From Obrimoposthia wandeli (lineage: Eukaryota), in NCBI GenBank assembly GCA_977020255.1, contig CDROCS010002866.1, positions 248,001 through 312,000 on the forward strand: DNA of 64,000 nt, given 5' to 3'. The notes beneath the pieces were generated by a model. The model did not search any database. It was not told the DNA's origin and saw nothing but the letters and a program-made list of their open reading frames with translations. A program made the position numbers and the translations under genes. Shown here piece by piece: positions 45,258-55,702 of the stretch; the first letter of the stretch is position 1, and each line of letters starts with the position of its first letter.

Positions 45258-46433
45258 TTACAGAACAGCATCACTTTTTAAGAATTCGCCTTGCATCACC
45301 TTACTTGGTTCATTTAGCTCTAACATGACAGTACTGGTTGGAAAAGCAATCTGCGCATTATGCTGCTCAACAATAGCCGCCACTTTAAACAGCACATCTT
45401 CTTTTATTCGATGATAGCGCTCCCAATTGGTGGTTTTGGTAAAGGTGTAAATAAAAAACTCTAACGAAGAATCCGCCATTTTATTAAAATTAACCATTAA
45501 CGTCTGCTCTAAATCGATATCTTTATGCTCGTTTAGCATAATTCGAACATCTGCTAAAATAGCACTCAATGTTGCTATATCGGAGTAACGAACACCTATC
45601 GTTTCGTAAATTCTGCGATTGCTCATACGTGAAGGATTTTCAACGGAGATACTAGTAAAGGTAGCATTTGGCACATATAGCGGCCTTTGTTCAAAAGTGC
45701 GAATGCGCGTTAATCGCCACCCAATATCTTCCACCACACCTTCAATATTTTTATCTGGAGAGCGAACCCAATCTCCAACTTTGAAAGGCCTATCCATATA
45801 AATCATCAGCCCACCAAAAAAATTTGCCAACAAATCTTTTGCAGCAAAGCCGATAGCAATACCACCTATGCCACCAAACGCTAACACCCCAGATACGCTA
45901 TATCCTAAAGTTTGCAACACCACCAAAGACACAGTAATAATAATTGAAAGGCGTAGTAGCTTACCAAAAGCACTGACAGTAGTGTGATCTAAAGTGGTAT
46001 CGATGCCAGCTGGGTCTATCAACTTGATTTCAGCCAAGCGTATAAAGCGAATGAAGAACCAAGCGACTAGTAAGATAACGCCAACTTTGCGCAAAGGGCT
46101 CACTATATTTAGTAAAACATTGCTAGCATCACTACCTAAATCATTGAGCACTACATGGCCTGAAAAGATAGCTAATGACCCACCTAGCAGCCAGATCATA
46201 AATATAATAGGCCTGCGAACTGCATGCAGCAATATATCATCCCAATGGTTTTTAGTTTTTACTAATTGCAGCTCTAATCTGTTAAAGAAAATTCTTGTAA
46301 AGAAGGCACAAACCAGTGTCAAAAATATAATGCTAAAAACAGCTACCAACCAAACACCTTCTGAACCAAGCGCTAAATATTCAGATAACCATTTTTCTAT
46401 ATCTAAAACTTCTTGCTTTAACTCGTCTTGCAC
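45258..46433 (-). CDS. Mechanosensitive ion channel, MscS family
   Basis: GIAIGFAAKDLLANFFGG, RPFKVGDW, IGWRLT, VPNA; GTG 46433 with GAGGA RBS preferred over ORF-track 46505. Confidence 0.92.
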   Translation of the reverse strand: MQDELKQEVLDIEKWLSEYLALGSEGVWLVAVFSIIFLTLVCAFFTRIFFNRLELQLVKTKNHWDDILLHAVRRPIIFMIWLLGGSLAIFSGHVVLNDLGSDASNVLLNIVSPLRKVGVILLVAWFFIRFIRLAEIKLIDPAGIDTTLDHTTVSAFGKLLRLSIIITVSLVVLQTLGYSVSGVLAFGGIGGIAIGFAAKDLLANFFGGLMIYMDRPFKVGDWVRSPDKNIEGVVEDIGWRLTRIRTFEQRPLYVPNATFTSISVENPSRMSNRRIYETIGVRYSDIATLSAILADVRIMLNEHKDIDLEQTLMVNFNKMADSSLEFFIYTFTKTTNWERYHRIKEDVLFKVAAIVEQHNAQIAFPTSTVMLELNEPSKVMQGEFLKSDAVL

Positions 46434-46455
46434 TGCGTTTTCCTCTTTTTCTACA

Positions 46456-47478
46456 TCACTGACAAAATAACTGCAAATCACTTGCCACATGACAAGCTTT
46501 CTCAAATCGTTGCGCGTCCGTTGCCACTACATTTCGCCTCATTCGACCAAGACATTGCGATTTTTCAACTTGCTGTTTATTTAAATAATCTAACACTTCA
46601 ATTGCAGCATTTGGGTTATTGCACACTAAAGCAGTATCGCAACCAGCTTCAAGCGCTGCTTTAGCTCTATCTGAAAATCCAGCAGCGTTGCCTTGGGCAA
46701 AACTAGCCGCCTCCATACATAGGTCATCACTAAAAATAACCCCTTCAAACTGCAATTCATTGCGCAGTATATTTTGCAACCAAAAAGCTGAAAAACCCGC
46801 GGGATTAGGGTCTACTTGCGAATAGATAACATGCGCTGGCATTAGTGCATCTAATCCTGCTTTAATCAATGCTGAAAATGGCTGTAAATCATCTTGCTGA
46901 ATAGCTTCAAAACTACGCTCATCTACTGCAGCTTGTAGATGTGAATCAGCCGTTGCCCAGCCGTGCCCAGGAAAATGCTTACCAGTCGATTTCATACCGG
47001 CTTGACGCATGCCTTGAATAAAGCAGGTAGTTAACGCACTCACTTGAGCATGAGATGCGCCAAAAGAGCGGCTTCCTATCACTTGACTATGGGCCCAATG
47101 CAAATCAAGTACGGGAGCAAAGCTTATATCAATATCCATCGCTGTTATTTCACTGGCCATTAACCAACCCATTTCGGTTGCTTGCAGTAACGCGCGCTCT
47201 GGATTTTGTTGATAGGATAAATGAAGTGAAAACATAGCAGGCAAACTGACGAAATCATCGCGAAAACGCTGCACCCTACCCCCCTCTTGATCAACAGCGA
47301 TAACAATTTTCGAATTTTGTTGGCGTATATCTGATATTAGATCAGCTAACTGTATTCGAGAGCGGTAATTGCGTGAGAATAATATTAAACCGCCGACTTG
47401 ATCTTGTTGAATAACTTCGCGCTCATTCGCGGTTAATGTTAAACCAGCGACATCTAACATTAGTCGTCCGTATGGCAT
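46456..47478 (-). CDS. nagZ: Beta-N-acetylhexosaminidase
   Basis: VDQEGGRVQR, APVLD, KHFPGHG..TADSH, SDDL. Confidence 0.96.
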   Translation of the reverse strand: MPYGRLMLDVAGLTLTANEREVIQQDQVGGLILFSRNYRSRIQLADLISDIRQQNSKIVIAVDQEGGRVQRFRDDFVSLPAMFSLHLSYQQNPERALLQATEMGWLMASEITAMDIDISFAPVLDLHWAHSQVIGSRSFGASHAQVSALTTCFIQGMRQAGMKSTGKHFPGHGWATADSHLQAAVDERSFEAIQQDDLQPFSALIKAGLDALMPAHVIYSQVDPNPAGFSAFWLQNILRNELQFEGVIFSDDLCMEAASFAQGNAAGFSDRAKAALEAGCDTALVCNNPNAAIEVLDYLNKQQVEKSQCLGRMRRNVVATDAQRFEKACHVASDLQLFCQ

Positions 47479-47517
47479 GGGAATCCTTAAAACTGGAGAG
47501 ATTTTGATAAAAGAACA

Positions 47518-48177
47518 TTAAATACGGCTAAAATATAGTTTGTCACCGCGAGCTTGCATACCCGCACTCAGCACAGGTATCATTCTATGTAAAATACGTT
47601 CAATTTCAGCTACAGAGTTAAACTTATCTTTTTCAATTTCCGCGAGCATCGTATAGTTTGACAAAGTAAAAATAACCGAGCCCATTACAAAATGTAAGCG
47701 CCAAAAAAATTCATCATCTTCCATCATAGCACTTTGAGTACGCATCAAATCAATAAAAGGCTTTAGCTTGGAGCCATAGCGCCCCACAATAAACTGTCGT
47801 AAGTCGCCCTGATTTTTCATATAAGCCAATTCTAACAAGCGGGTAAACATAAGTAATGCGTGCGTATTTTCTTGATCTACATGCAATAAGGCGCGCATTA
47901 ATAGCTCAAGTAACTCCTCCGTATTTAAAGATCTATCTTCCAAAACAACAGATTGCTGCACGACTGATTTTTCTATGTACTCAGAAAACGGGCGCAAAAA
48001 ATGCTCCGCAACTGATTGTATAAGTCCTTGCTTAGAACCAAAATGGTAATTAATAGCTGCCAGATTAACATTAGCTTCTTTGGTAATCTGGCGCATAGTC
48101 GTTTCAATAAAACCTTGCTCTGCAAAAAGTGTTTCCGCTGCGTCAAGTATTTGCTTTGCTGTTTTAGATTGAGCCAT
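47518..48177 (-). CDS. psrA: TetR family regulator, PsrA-like
   Basis: TMRQIT..ANVNLAAINYHFGSK, FFWRLHF; directly upstream of nagZ as in Pseudomonas. Confidence 0.8.
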   Translation of the reverse strand: MAQSKTAKQILDAAETLFAEQGFIETTMRQITKEANVNLAAINYHFGSKQGLIQSVAEHFLRPFSEYIEKSVVQQSVVLEDRSLNTEELLELLMRALLHVDQENTHALLMFTRLLELAYMKNQGDLRQFIVGRYGSKLKPFIDLMRTQSAMMEDDEFFWRLHFVMGSVIFTLSNYTMLAEIEKDKFNSVAEIERILHRMIPVLSAGMQARGDKLYFSRI

Positions 48178-48216
48178 TCAACCACCGTTTTAAAATTATG
48201 AATCATAACGAGGCAT

Positions 48217-48234
48217 TTCAAGCGCCTGTTTAAA
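48217..48234. promoter_or_regulatory. Putative PsrA autoregulatory site
   Basis: TTCAAGCGCCTGTTTAAA, near-palindrome resembling TTCAAAC-N4-GTTTGAA (2 mismatches), 40 bp upstream of psrA. Confidence 0.45.
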
Positions 48235-48271
48235 ACATTAACGATACTACAAGCTAATGGTTTTTAACACG

Positions 48272-49450
48272 TTAACGTAAGAAGTTTGCTGATCTAGTTA
48301 TTTTTTGTAGTATCGCCCCTACTACATTACCGCTTGTTTTAACCGTTAGATCACTGAGCTTTTCACCAAAAGTTTTTTTCATTTCGTAGCGCACTTGATA
48401 TACGTCTGCACTTTGACAAATATTCATCAAATGATCGTCAGAGGTATTTAGCTCATCGACTAAATTATGTTCAATTGCACGTTTACCAAACCACACTTCA
48501 CCCGTCGCTATTTTATCTATATCCACGCTTGGACGAGCTTCAGATACAAACTCTTTGAATAACAAATGCGTATCTTGAATCTCTTCTATAAACTTCTCTT
48601 TACCTTTTTCGGTATTTTCACCAAACATTGTTACTGTGCGCTTATATTCTCCAGCAGTAAATGTTTCATAATCAACCCCATGCTTCTTTAACACGCGATT
48701 AAAGTTTGGTAATTGCGCGACTACACCAATGGAGCCGAGTATCGCAAAAGGTGCTGCAATCAACTTATCAGCAAGACAAGCCATCATATAACCACCTGAT
48801 GCTGCAACTTCATCAACACAAATGGTTAATTTAATATTCGCTGATTTAATTCGCTCTAACTGTGAAGCCGCTAAACCATAGGTATGAACCATTCCACCGG
48901 AACTATCTAAACGCAGTACCACTTCATCAGTATGTGAAGCAAAAGAGAGCACTGCGGAAATCTCTTCGCGAAGCAAGCTAACTTCTGAGGCGCGGATATC
49001 CCCATCGAAATCTAACACAAAAATTCTTTTTCGCTCTTGATCAAAGTCTTCGCCATCCTCATCTTTAACCATGTCATTCGACTGCGAATTAGATTCGCCA
49101 CTTTCTTGATGCGCCTTACCTTCATTCGCTGAACTTTTTAAAGCCTTTTCAGCAAGCTTAGCTTCAACTTTAGCCAGCTTCTTTTTTTCTTTCGCTTCCT
49201 TCTTCTCTTTTTTATGCAACGCCTTCATTTGCTGTTTATAAACTTCACCATCAATTACCACAGACTCTATGGCGTCTTTCATTTCTTCAAAGCTATCGTT
49301 AAGCGACACTAAGCTTATTTCACCTTGCGAATTATCTTTCTTACTTCTGGAACTAATAACCAAAATGCCAACTAGCACTATAAAAATGGTTAGTATTACT
49401 GTTATAGCTTTAGCTAAAAACATTCCATATTCAAACAAAAAATTAACCAA
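48272..49450 (-). CDS. sohB: Protease SohB (S49)
   Basis: FLFEYGMFLAK, FDGDIRAS, SSGGMVHTYGLAASQL, AASGGYMMAC. Confidence 0.95.
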   Translation of the reverse strand: MVNFLFEYGMFLAKAITVILTIFIVLVGILVISSRSKKDNSQGEISLVSLNDSFEEMKDAIESVVIDGEVYKQQMKALHKKEKKEAKEKKKLAKVEAKLAEKALKSSANEGKAHQESGESNSQSNDMVKDEDGEDFDQERKRIFVLDFDGDIRASEVSLLREEISAVLSFASHTDEVVLRLDSSGGMVHTYGLAASQLERIKSANIKLTICVDEVAASGGYMMACLADKLIAAPFAILGSIGVVAQLPNFNRVLKKHGVDYETFTAGEYKRTVTMFGENTEKGKEKFIEEIQDTHLLFKEFVSEARPSVDIDKIATGEVWFGKRAIEHNLVDELNTSDDHLMNICQSADVYQVRYEMKKTFGEKLSDLTVKTSGNVVGAILQKITRSANFLR

Positions 49451-49550
49451 TCTAAATCTCCAAAATTCCGTTACTCAAGCAAGGCTTTAATGTACCATAA
49501 TTCCTTTATTAAACAATTTTTTCTAAAGCATTTCGACAGGTTCAAAACAA

Positions 49551-49916
49551 ATGTCTGATAGCGTTACAACAAAAATAACGACTGAGCAAATTATAGCTAA
49601 ATTACCTTCAAGATTTCAAAGTGATCAAGCCATAGATATGCAAGCAGTATTTCAGTTTAATCTCTCTAGCGGGCTATCTTTTTACATTGAAATATTGGAG
49701 CAAAAATGCAGCATCGTTATGCAGGAACACGAAGATCCCAATATTACATTAGTCATGGACGAAGAGACTTTTATCGCTTTAATGCTAGGTGAAATTGACG
49801 GCATGTCCGCTTTCATGAAAGGTCGTTTAAAAGCGCAAGGCAATGTTATCCTAGCGACTTCACTAGGTAAATTGTTCAAAAAAAGAACAGGAGACAATCA
49901 AAAACTTAGCGGATAA
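49551..49916 (+). CDS. SCP2 sterol/lipid-binding domain protein
   Basis: FQF...AFMKGRLKAQGN pattern. Confidence 0.88.
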   Translation: MSDSVTTKITTEQIIAKLPSRFQSDQAIDMQAVFQFNLSSGLSFYIEILEQKCSIVMQEHEDPNITLVMDEETFIALMLGEIDGMSAFMKGRLKAQGNVILATSLGKLFKKRTGDNQKLSG

Positions 49917-50365
49917 TTATTTTTCTATTAGATATACCCGTTATCAGGCACTTTATTGATACTAATGCTTAAATTACTATCTTAATACCACTATAATGTT
50001 ACAGATTTTAAAATCTGTATTTTATAATTTTTTGTTTTGATAACGAACACGTTTAAAGCAATTGTTTTTAATGCTTAGTATTGCGCCTAATGCATAACTA
50101 TTATTAGAAACAATAAATAGTGGAAATAACATGATGGATAGCAATAATTGCATTTTTTAGTTTGTATTCTCACTAATTGACTGCTACCCATCATCTAATA
50201 AAACTTTTCAAAACGCGAACACAAATGTTTAAGCTGCTAAACTTCTACAAAAAGCTCAACAGCTAGTAAGATAAAACAACTTAAAACGGACTGTGAATTG
50301 ACGCTACCTAAATTTTCACTGTGCTAATAACAAAAATTTTACTCACTTTAAAGGACATATTTAAT

Positions 50366-51865
50366 ATGACCACCTCAATACCTCAAGCAATATTTAAAAA
50401 CTTCTTAGGCAATTCGCCGGTTTGGTACAAACAGGCTATTATCGCTTTTTTGATTATTAACCCGTTTCTATTATGGATTGCAGGACCTACTGTAGCGGGC
50501 TGGGTTTTAATCTTTGAATTCATCTTCACTTTAGCTTTAGCGCTCAAGTGTTATCCATTACAGCCTGGTGGCTTGCTCGCGATAGAAGCAATTATATGTA
50601 ATTTAGCCACGCCTGCTACTGTCTATAAAGAAGTAGAGAGTAACTTAGAAGTTATTTTACTATTAATGTTTATGGTTGCCGGCATTTACTTCATGCAGTC
50701 AATGCTGTTGTGGGTTTTTACAAAATTACTTGTTTCCGTTCGTTCAAAGATAGCCTTATCCCTGCTGTTCTCTATTGTTGCGGCAGTTCTTTCAGCTTTC
50801 CTTGATGCATTGACTGTTACAGCAGTACTTATTAGTGTCGGTGTCGGTTTTTATTCGGTTTACCACAAGGTTGCTTCAGGTAGCAAACATGACAACCATG
50901 ATCATACCAACGATAACGTGCTTGACGACGGACGTCGTGATGACTTATTAAAGTTTAGATCTTTTTTACGCAGTTTGATTATGCACGGCGCGGTTGGTAC
51001 TGCACTAGGTGGTGTTTCTACTTTAGTTGGCGAACCACAGAACTTGTTAATTGCAGAAAAAATGGGCTGGGACTTTATAACCTTCTTCGTAAAAATGGCA
51101 CCTGTTTCAATTCCAGTGTTATTTGCGGGCCTACTGACTTGTGTGGCATTAGAGAAATACAAAATTCTGGATTACGGTACTTTGCTGCCGGAGTCAGTAC
51201 GTGAAATATTAGAAGAATTTAATCGCAAAGAAGAAGCAAAACGCGACCGAAGAGATAAAGTTAAATTAGGCGTACAAATTTTAGTCGCTATTTTCTTGGT
51301 ATTTGCGTTGGCATTCCACTGGGCTGCTGTCGGTTTAATTGGCTTGTCTGTTATTATCTTGCTTACAGCATTCAACGGTATCGTTGAAGAGCACCAAATT
51401 GGTAAAGCATTTGAAGAAGCATTGCCTTTCACAGCTTTACTCGTGGTATTTTTCGTCATTGTTTCAGTGATTCACGAGCAACACCTATTCAGCCCAATTA
51501 TAAACTATGTACTAACAATGCCGAGAGAGGCGCAACCAGGTATGTTCTTTATTGCCAACGGTGTGCTATCAGCTATCAGTGATAATGTTTTTGTTGCGAC
51601 TGTTTACATCAATGAAGTTGCCGCTGCCTTTAAAAATGGCACTATAGATCGTGCACAGTTTGAATCACTTGCTATTGCGATCAACACAGGTACTAACTTA
51701 CCTAGTGTCGCGACGCCTAATGGACAAGCTGCCTTTTTATTCTTGTTAACATCTGCTTTAGCTCCACTAATTAGATTGTCATACGGAAAAATGGTACTTA
51801 TGGCACTGCCGTACACTATCGTACTTAGTATCATTGGTTTCCTTGCAGTTACTTACAATTTGTAA
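50366..51865 (+). CDS. nhaB: Na+/H+ antiporter NhaB
   Basis: [53 protein letters not shown]. Confidence 0.97.
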   Translation: MTTSIPQAIFKNFLGNSPVWYKQAIIAFLIINPFLLWIAGPTVAGWVLIFEFIFTLALALKCYPLQPGGLLAIEAIICNLATPATVYKEVESNLEVILLLMFMVAGIYFMQSMLLWVFTKLLVSVRSKIALSLLFSIVAAVLSAFLDALTVTAVLISVGVGFYSVYHKVASGSKHDNHDHTNDNVLDDGRRDDLLKFRSFLRSLIMHGAVGTALGGVSTLVGEPQNLLIAEKMGWDFITFFVKMAPVSIPVLFAGLLTCVALEKYKILDYGTLLPESVREILEEFNRKEEAKRDRRDKVKLGVQILVAIFLVFALAFHWAAVGLIGLSVIILLTAFNGIVEEHQIGKAFEEALPFTALLVVFFVIVSVIHEQHLFSPIINYVLTMPREAQPGMFFIANGVLSAISDNVFVATVYINEVAAAFKNGTIDRAQFESLAIAINTGTNLPSVATPNGQAAFLFLLTSALAPLIRLSYGKMVLMALPYTIVLSIIGFLAVTYNL

Positions 51866-51894
51866 TTATTTGCACCGTTAATCTTAGCGGTAAC

Positions 51895-51934
51895 ACCGAT
51901 TCATGACCTAAACCATATTAGGACATGAATCGGT
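51895..51934 (+). terminator. Long stem-loop downstream of nhaB
   Basis: ACCGATTCATG-ACCTAA-accata-TTAGG-ACATGAATCGGT followed by TT. Confidence 0.5.
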
Positions 51935-52418
51935 TTACATCCCTACTTTCTTCACTTAAACACCTTCCCTCCTTATAATAGCCGTCGCAAAAAAACATTC
52001 TTTTTTACATTTTTCAGGCGCTATCTGCAATAACCCATATTTAAGTACTTGCTTACTTTTGATCTTTTGTGTAATTATAAATCAGGAACTTATACAAACG
52101 CTATCAGTCATATTTTGTATAAAGCTTGTTTTATCACTTTGCATCTATCTATATCTTTCACAATCAGCGCGTATTATTTTTGAAACTTAAAACCAGCTTT
52201 ATACTGGCTGTAATTACTACACTTAAATTGATTTTAAACTGCTAACGACAGGCAAACGATTGAAGGGTACGTATTCCTCCTCTCTATATGTCGTCATAAA
52301 TTATTCGATTTACTTAATTTCAAAACTGTTTTAGATATTGATGAATTTAATTTTCATTTATTTGAATAGCACTAAAAAGGCTTACCCACGTAACAGAAAC
52401 CAACTAAGAAGGTGATCA

Positions 52419-54344
52419 ATGATGAGTATCTTCGCACGCTATCAAACACGTTTTTTATCTACAACTCAGGAAGAAATGACGCTGCAAGAATACCTGCAGC
52501 TGTGTAGAGATAAACCCGAAACCTATGCCAGCGCCGCTGAGCGTTTATTAAAAGCGATAGGGGAACCTGAACTTGTCGATACTGCACAGGATCCTATTTT
52601 AAGTAGGATATTTTCCAACAAAGTGATTAAACGCTATCCCGCCTTCGATCAATTTTATGGCGCTGAAGATGCTATCGAGAACATTGTTGCTTACTTTAAA
52701 CACGCTGCCCAAGGATTAGAAGAGCGTAAGCAAATCCTCTATTTGCTAGGTCCTGTTGGAGGCGGAAAATCATCTATCGCTGAAAAAATTAAAGACTTAA
52801 TGCAAGCGATACCTTTTTATGCAATTAAAGGCTCTCCAGTATTCGAGTCTCCATTAGGTTTATTCGATCCAAATGAAGATGCAGAGATTCTCAGGCAAGA
52901 ATACGGCATTCCAGAGCGCTATATAAAAGGCATTATCTCCCCTTGGGCAGTAAAAAGATTAAATGAATATTCTGGAGACATCGAACAGTTCAAAGTCGTT
53001 AAACTCTACCCTTCTATTCTCAACCAGATTGCAATCGCCAAAACAGAACCTGGCGATGATAACAACCAAGATATTTCGAGCTTAGTAGGTAAAGTCGATA
53101 TTCGAAAACTCGAAGAATATCCTCAACAAGATCCTGATGCTTATAGCTTTTCAGGTGCTCTTTGCCGAGCTAATCAAGGCTTAATGGAATTTGTGGAGAT
53201 GTTCAAAGCCCCGATTAAAGTGCTGCATCCGCTTTTAACCGCTACTCAGGAGGGGAATTACAATAGTACTGAAGGCATGGGGTCTATCCCATTTAACGGT
53301 ATCATTTTAGCCCACTCTAATGAATCTGAGTGGCAATCGTTTAAAAACAATAAAACTAATGAAGCGTTTATTGATCGTGTCAATATCGTTAAAATACCTT
53401 ATTGTTTACGTATTTCTGAAGAAATAAAAATTTATGAAAAGCTATTACGCGATAGCTCCCTTTCACAGGCACCTTGCGCTCCTGACACATTAAAAATGCT
53501 CGCTCAGTTTTCGGTTCTCTCTCGCTTAAAAGAGCCCGAAAACTCAAACGTTTACTCTAAGATGCGTATTTATAATGGCGAAAACTTAAAAGATACTGAT
53601 CCTAAAGCTAAACCTATTCAAGAATACAAAGATTATGCGGGTGTCGATGAAGGCATGAATGGTTTATCTACGCGTTTCGCTTTTAAAATATTATCTAAAG
53701 TTTTTAATTTCGATCCATCAGAAGTTGCGGCCAACCCCGTTCATTTAATGTATGTCTTAGAGAAGGAAATAGAACAACAGCAATTCTCTAAGGAAGTGCA
53801 AGACAAGTACATTGGTTTTATCAAAGAGTACATTTCACCCAAATATATCGAACTTTTAGGCAAAGAAATTCAAACTGCTTATTTGGAATCTTATTCAGAG
53901 TACGGGCAAAACGTATTTGACCGATATGTCATATATGCAGATTTTTGGATCCAAGATCAAGAATACCGCGACCCGCAAACAGGCGATATGCTCAATCGTC
54001 AATCTATCAACGACGAATTGGAAAAAATTGAAAAACCGGCAGGCATCAGCAATCCTAAAGATTTTCGCCATGAAATTGTTAATTTTGTATTACGCGCAAA
54101 AGCGAATAATGATGGCAAGAATCCTTCTTGGATGAGTTTTGAAAAAATGCGCTCCGTCATTGAAAAGAAGATGTTTTCCAATACAGAAGATTTACTACCC
54201 GTCATTTCATTTAACACTAGAGCCTCATCTGAAGATAACGATAAACATGCAGAGTTTGTTAAACGCATGATCAAGCGCGGCTACACTGAAAAGCAAGTAA
54301 GACTCCTGTCTGAATGGTATATCAGGGTGCGAAAATCTCAATAA
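52419..54344 (+). CDS. prkA: PrkA family serine protein kinase / AAA ATPase
   Basis: LLGPVGGGKSS, KTEPGDDNNQDISSLVGKVD, ANQGLMEFVEMFKAP. Confidence 0.96.
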   Translation: MMSIFARYQTRFLSTTQEEMTLQEYLQLCRDKPETYASAAERLLKAIGEPELVDTAQDPILSRIFSNKVIKRYPAFDQFYGAEDAIENIVAYFKHAAQGLEERKQILYLLGPVGGGKSSIAEKIKDLMQAIPFYAIKGSPVFESPLGLFDPNEDAEILRQEYGIPERYIKGIISPWAVKRLNEYSGDIEQFKVVKLYPSILNQIAIAKTEPGDDNNQDISSLVGKVDIRKLEEYPQQDPDAYSFSGALCRANQGLMEFVEMFKAPIKVLHPLLTATQEGNYNSTEGMGSIPFNGIILAHSNESEWQSFKNNKTNEAFIDRVNIVKIPYCLRISEEIKIYEKLLRDSSLSQAPCAPDTLKMLAQFSVLSRLKEPENSNVYSKMRIYNGENLKDTDPKAKPIQEYKDYAGVDEGMNGLSTRFAFKILSKVFNFDPSEVAANPVHLMYVLEKEIEQQQFSKEVQDKYIGFIKEYISPKYIELLGKEIQTAYLESYSEYGQNVFDRYVIYADFWIQDQEYRDPQTGDMLNRQSINDELEKIEKPAGISNPKDFRHEIVNFVLRAKANNDGKNPSWMSFEKMRSVIEKKMFSNTEDLLPVISFNTRASSEDNDKHAEFVKRMIKRGYTEKQVRLLSEWYIRVRKSQ

Positions 54345-54410
54345 CCTGATTTACACAACGCAATTATATTCGCTTTATTCAGCACACCCTTCAACATAGG
54401 AAAACGGAAT

Positions 54411-55694
54411 ATGAGTTTTATCATCGACCGTCGCCTAAATAGTAAGAAAAAAAGTACCGTCAATAGACAGCGTTTTATAAAACGTTATCGTCGCCAAATT
54501 AAAAGAGCGGTAGAAGACTCACTGAAAGAGCGCTCTATTCAAGATATTGACCGTGGCGGGCAAGTCACTATTGCTCGCGATAATACCAGCGAGCCTTTTT
54601 TTCAACACGGCATAGGCGGTAGCCAAACTAAAGTTTTCCCTGGCAATAAAGAGTTTATTACCGGTGATGAATTCGAACGCCCTAAAGGCTCTGGTGCAGG
54701 AGGCCCGGGGGACGGAAGTGCCAGCAATAGTGGTGGCGGTGAGGACGATTTTACTTTTCACATTAGCCAAGATGAGTTTCTTGATTTTATGTTTGAAGGG
54801 CTAGAATTGCCAAACTTAGTTAAAAAACAGCTGAAGAGCACTGTCAATTTTGAAACACGCCAAGCAGGCTTTACCAGTTATAGCTCTCCAGATAAATTGC
54901 ATTTAATCCGCTCATTACGCGCGGCATATGCTAGAAGAATTGCATTATCAGGCAGTGATGGGAGCGACGTTTCTAATCTAAAAAAGCGCCTTTGGCAGCT
55001 TGAAGACAAACTTATTAATACAGACGTCAGTTGCGAAATAAATACCCTCAGAGCACAAATAAAAACGCTATCTAAAAAGAAGAAACACATTCCATTTTTG
55101 GATACTTATGATCTGCGCTATCGCAATTATATACGTACCCCTCTGCCTTCTACAAAAGCGGTAATCGTTTGCATCATGGATGTTTCGGGCTCCATGACGC
55201 AAAGTGTTAAAGAGTTGGCTAAACGCTTCTTTACACTTTTATATTTATTTATAAGACGCAATTATCAAAAAACTGAAGTCGTGTTTATCCGCCACCACAC
55301 AAGGGCAACAGAGGTAGATGAGCAAGAGTTTTTCTACTCTAGAGAAACAGGAGGTACCATCGTTTCTAGCGCATTAGAGCTAACCTCCCAAGTAATCACC
55401 GAGCGCTATCCCCAAGATCAATATAACGTTTATGTCGCGCAAGCGTCCGATGGCGATAATTGGGATAACGATTCTGAGTTATGTAGCCAACTGTTGAAGA
55501 AGAAAATTTTACCGATGATTCAATATTTTGCCTATGTAGAGATAACATCTGGAGTGCATCAAAACCTCTGGCATGAATACACTCATTTACAGCAGCGCTA
55601 TCCAACAGAGTTTGCCATGCAGCAAGTAAGGGAAAGTGCTGATATCTACCCTGTTTTTAGAAAGCTCTTTGCTTCAAAGATTGACGAACATTGA
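54411..55694 (+). CDS. yeaH: YeaH/YhbH family vWA-domain protein
   Basis: IIDRRLN..KS.VNRQRF, CIMDVSGSM, ETGGTIVSSAL, QASDGDNW. Confidence 0.93.
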   Translation: MSFIIDRRLNSKKKSTVNRQRFIKRYRRQIKRAVEDSLKERSIQDIDRGGQVTIARDNTSEPFFQHGIGGSQTKVFPGNKEFITGDEFERPKGSGAGGPGDGSASNSGGGEDDFTFHISQDEFLDFMFEGLELPNLVKKQLKSTVNFETRQAGFTSYSSPDKLHLIRSLRAAYARRIALSGSDGSDVSNLKKRLWQLEDKLINTDVSCEINTLRAQIKTLSKKKKHIPFLDTYDLRYRNYIRTPLPSTKAVIVCIMDVSGSMTQSVKELAKRFFTLLYLFIRRNYQKTEVVFIRHHTRATEVDEQEFFYSRETGGTIVSSALELTSQVITERYPQDQYNVYVAQASDGDNWDNDSELCSQLLKKKILPMIQYFAYVEITSGVHQNLWHEYTHLQQRYPTEFAMQQVRESADIYPVFRKLFASKIDEH

Positions 55695-55702
55695 GGTAAA
55701 CT

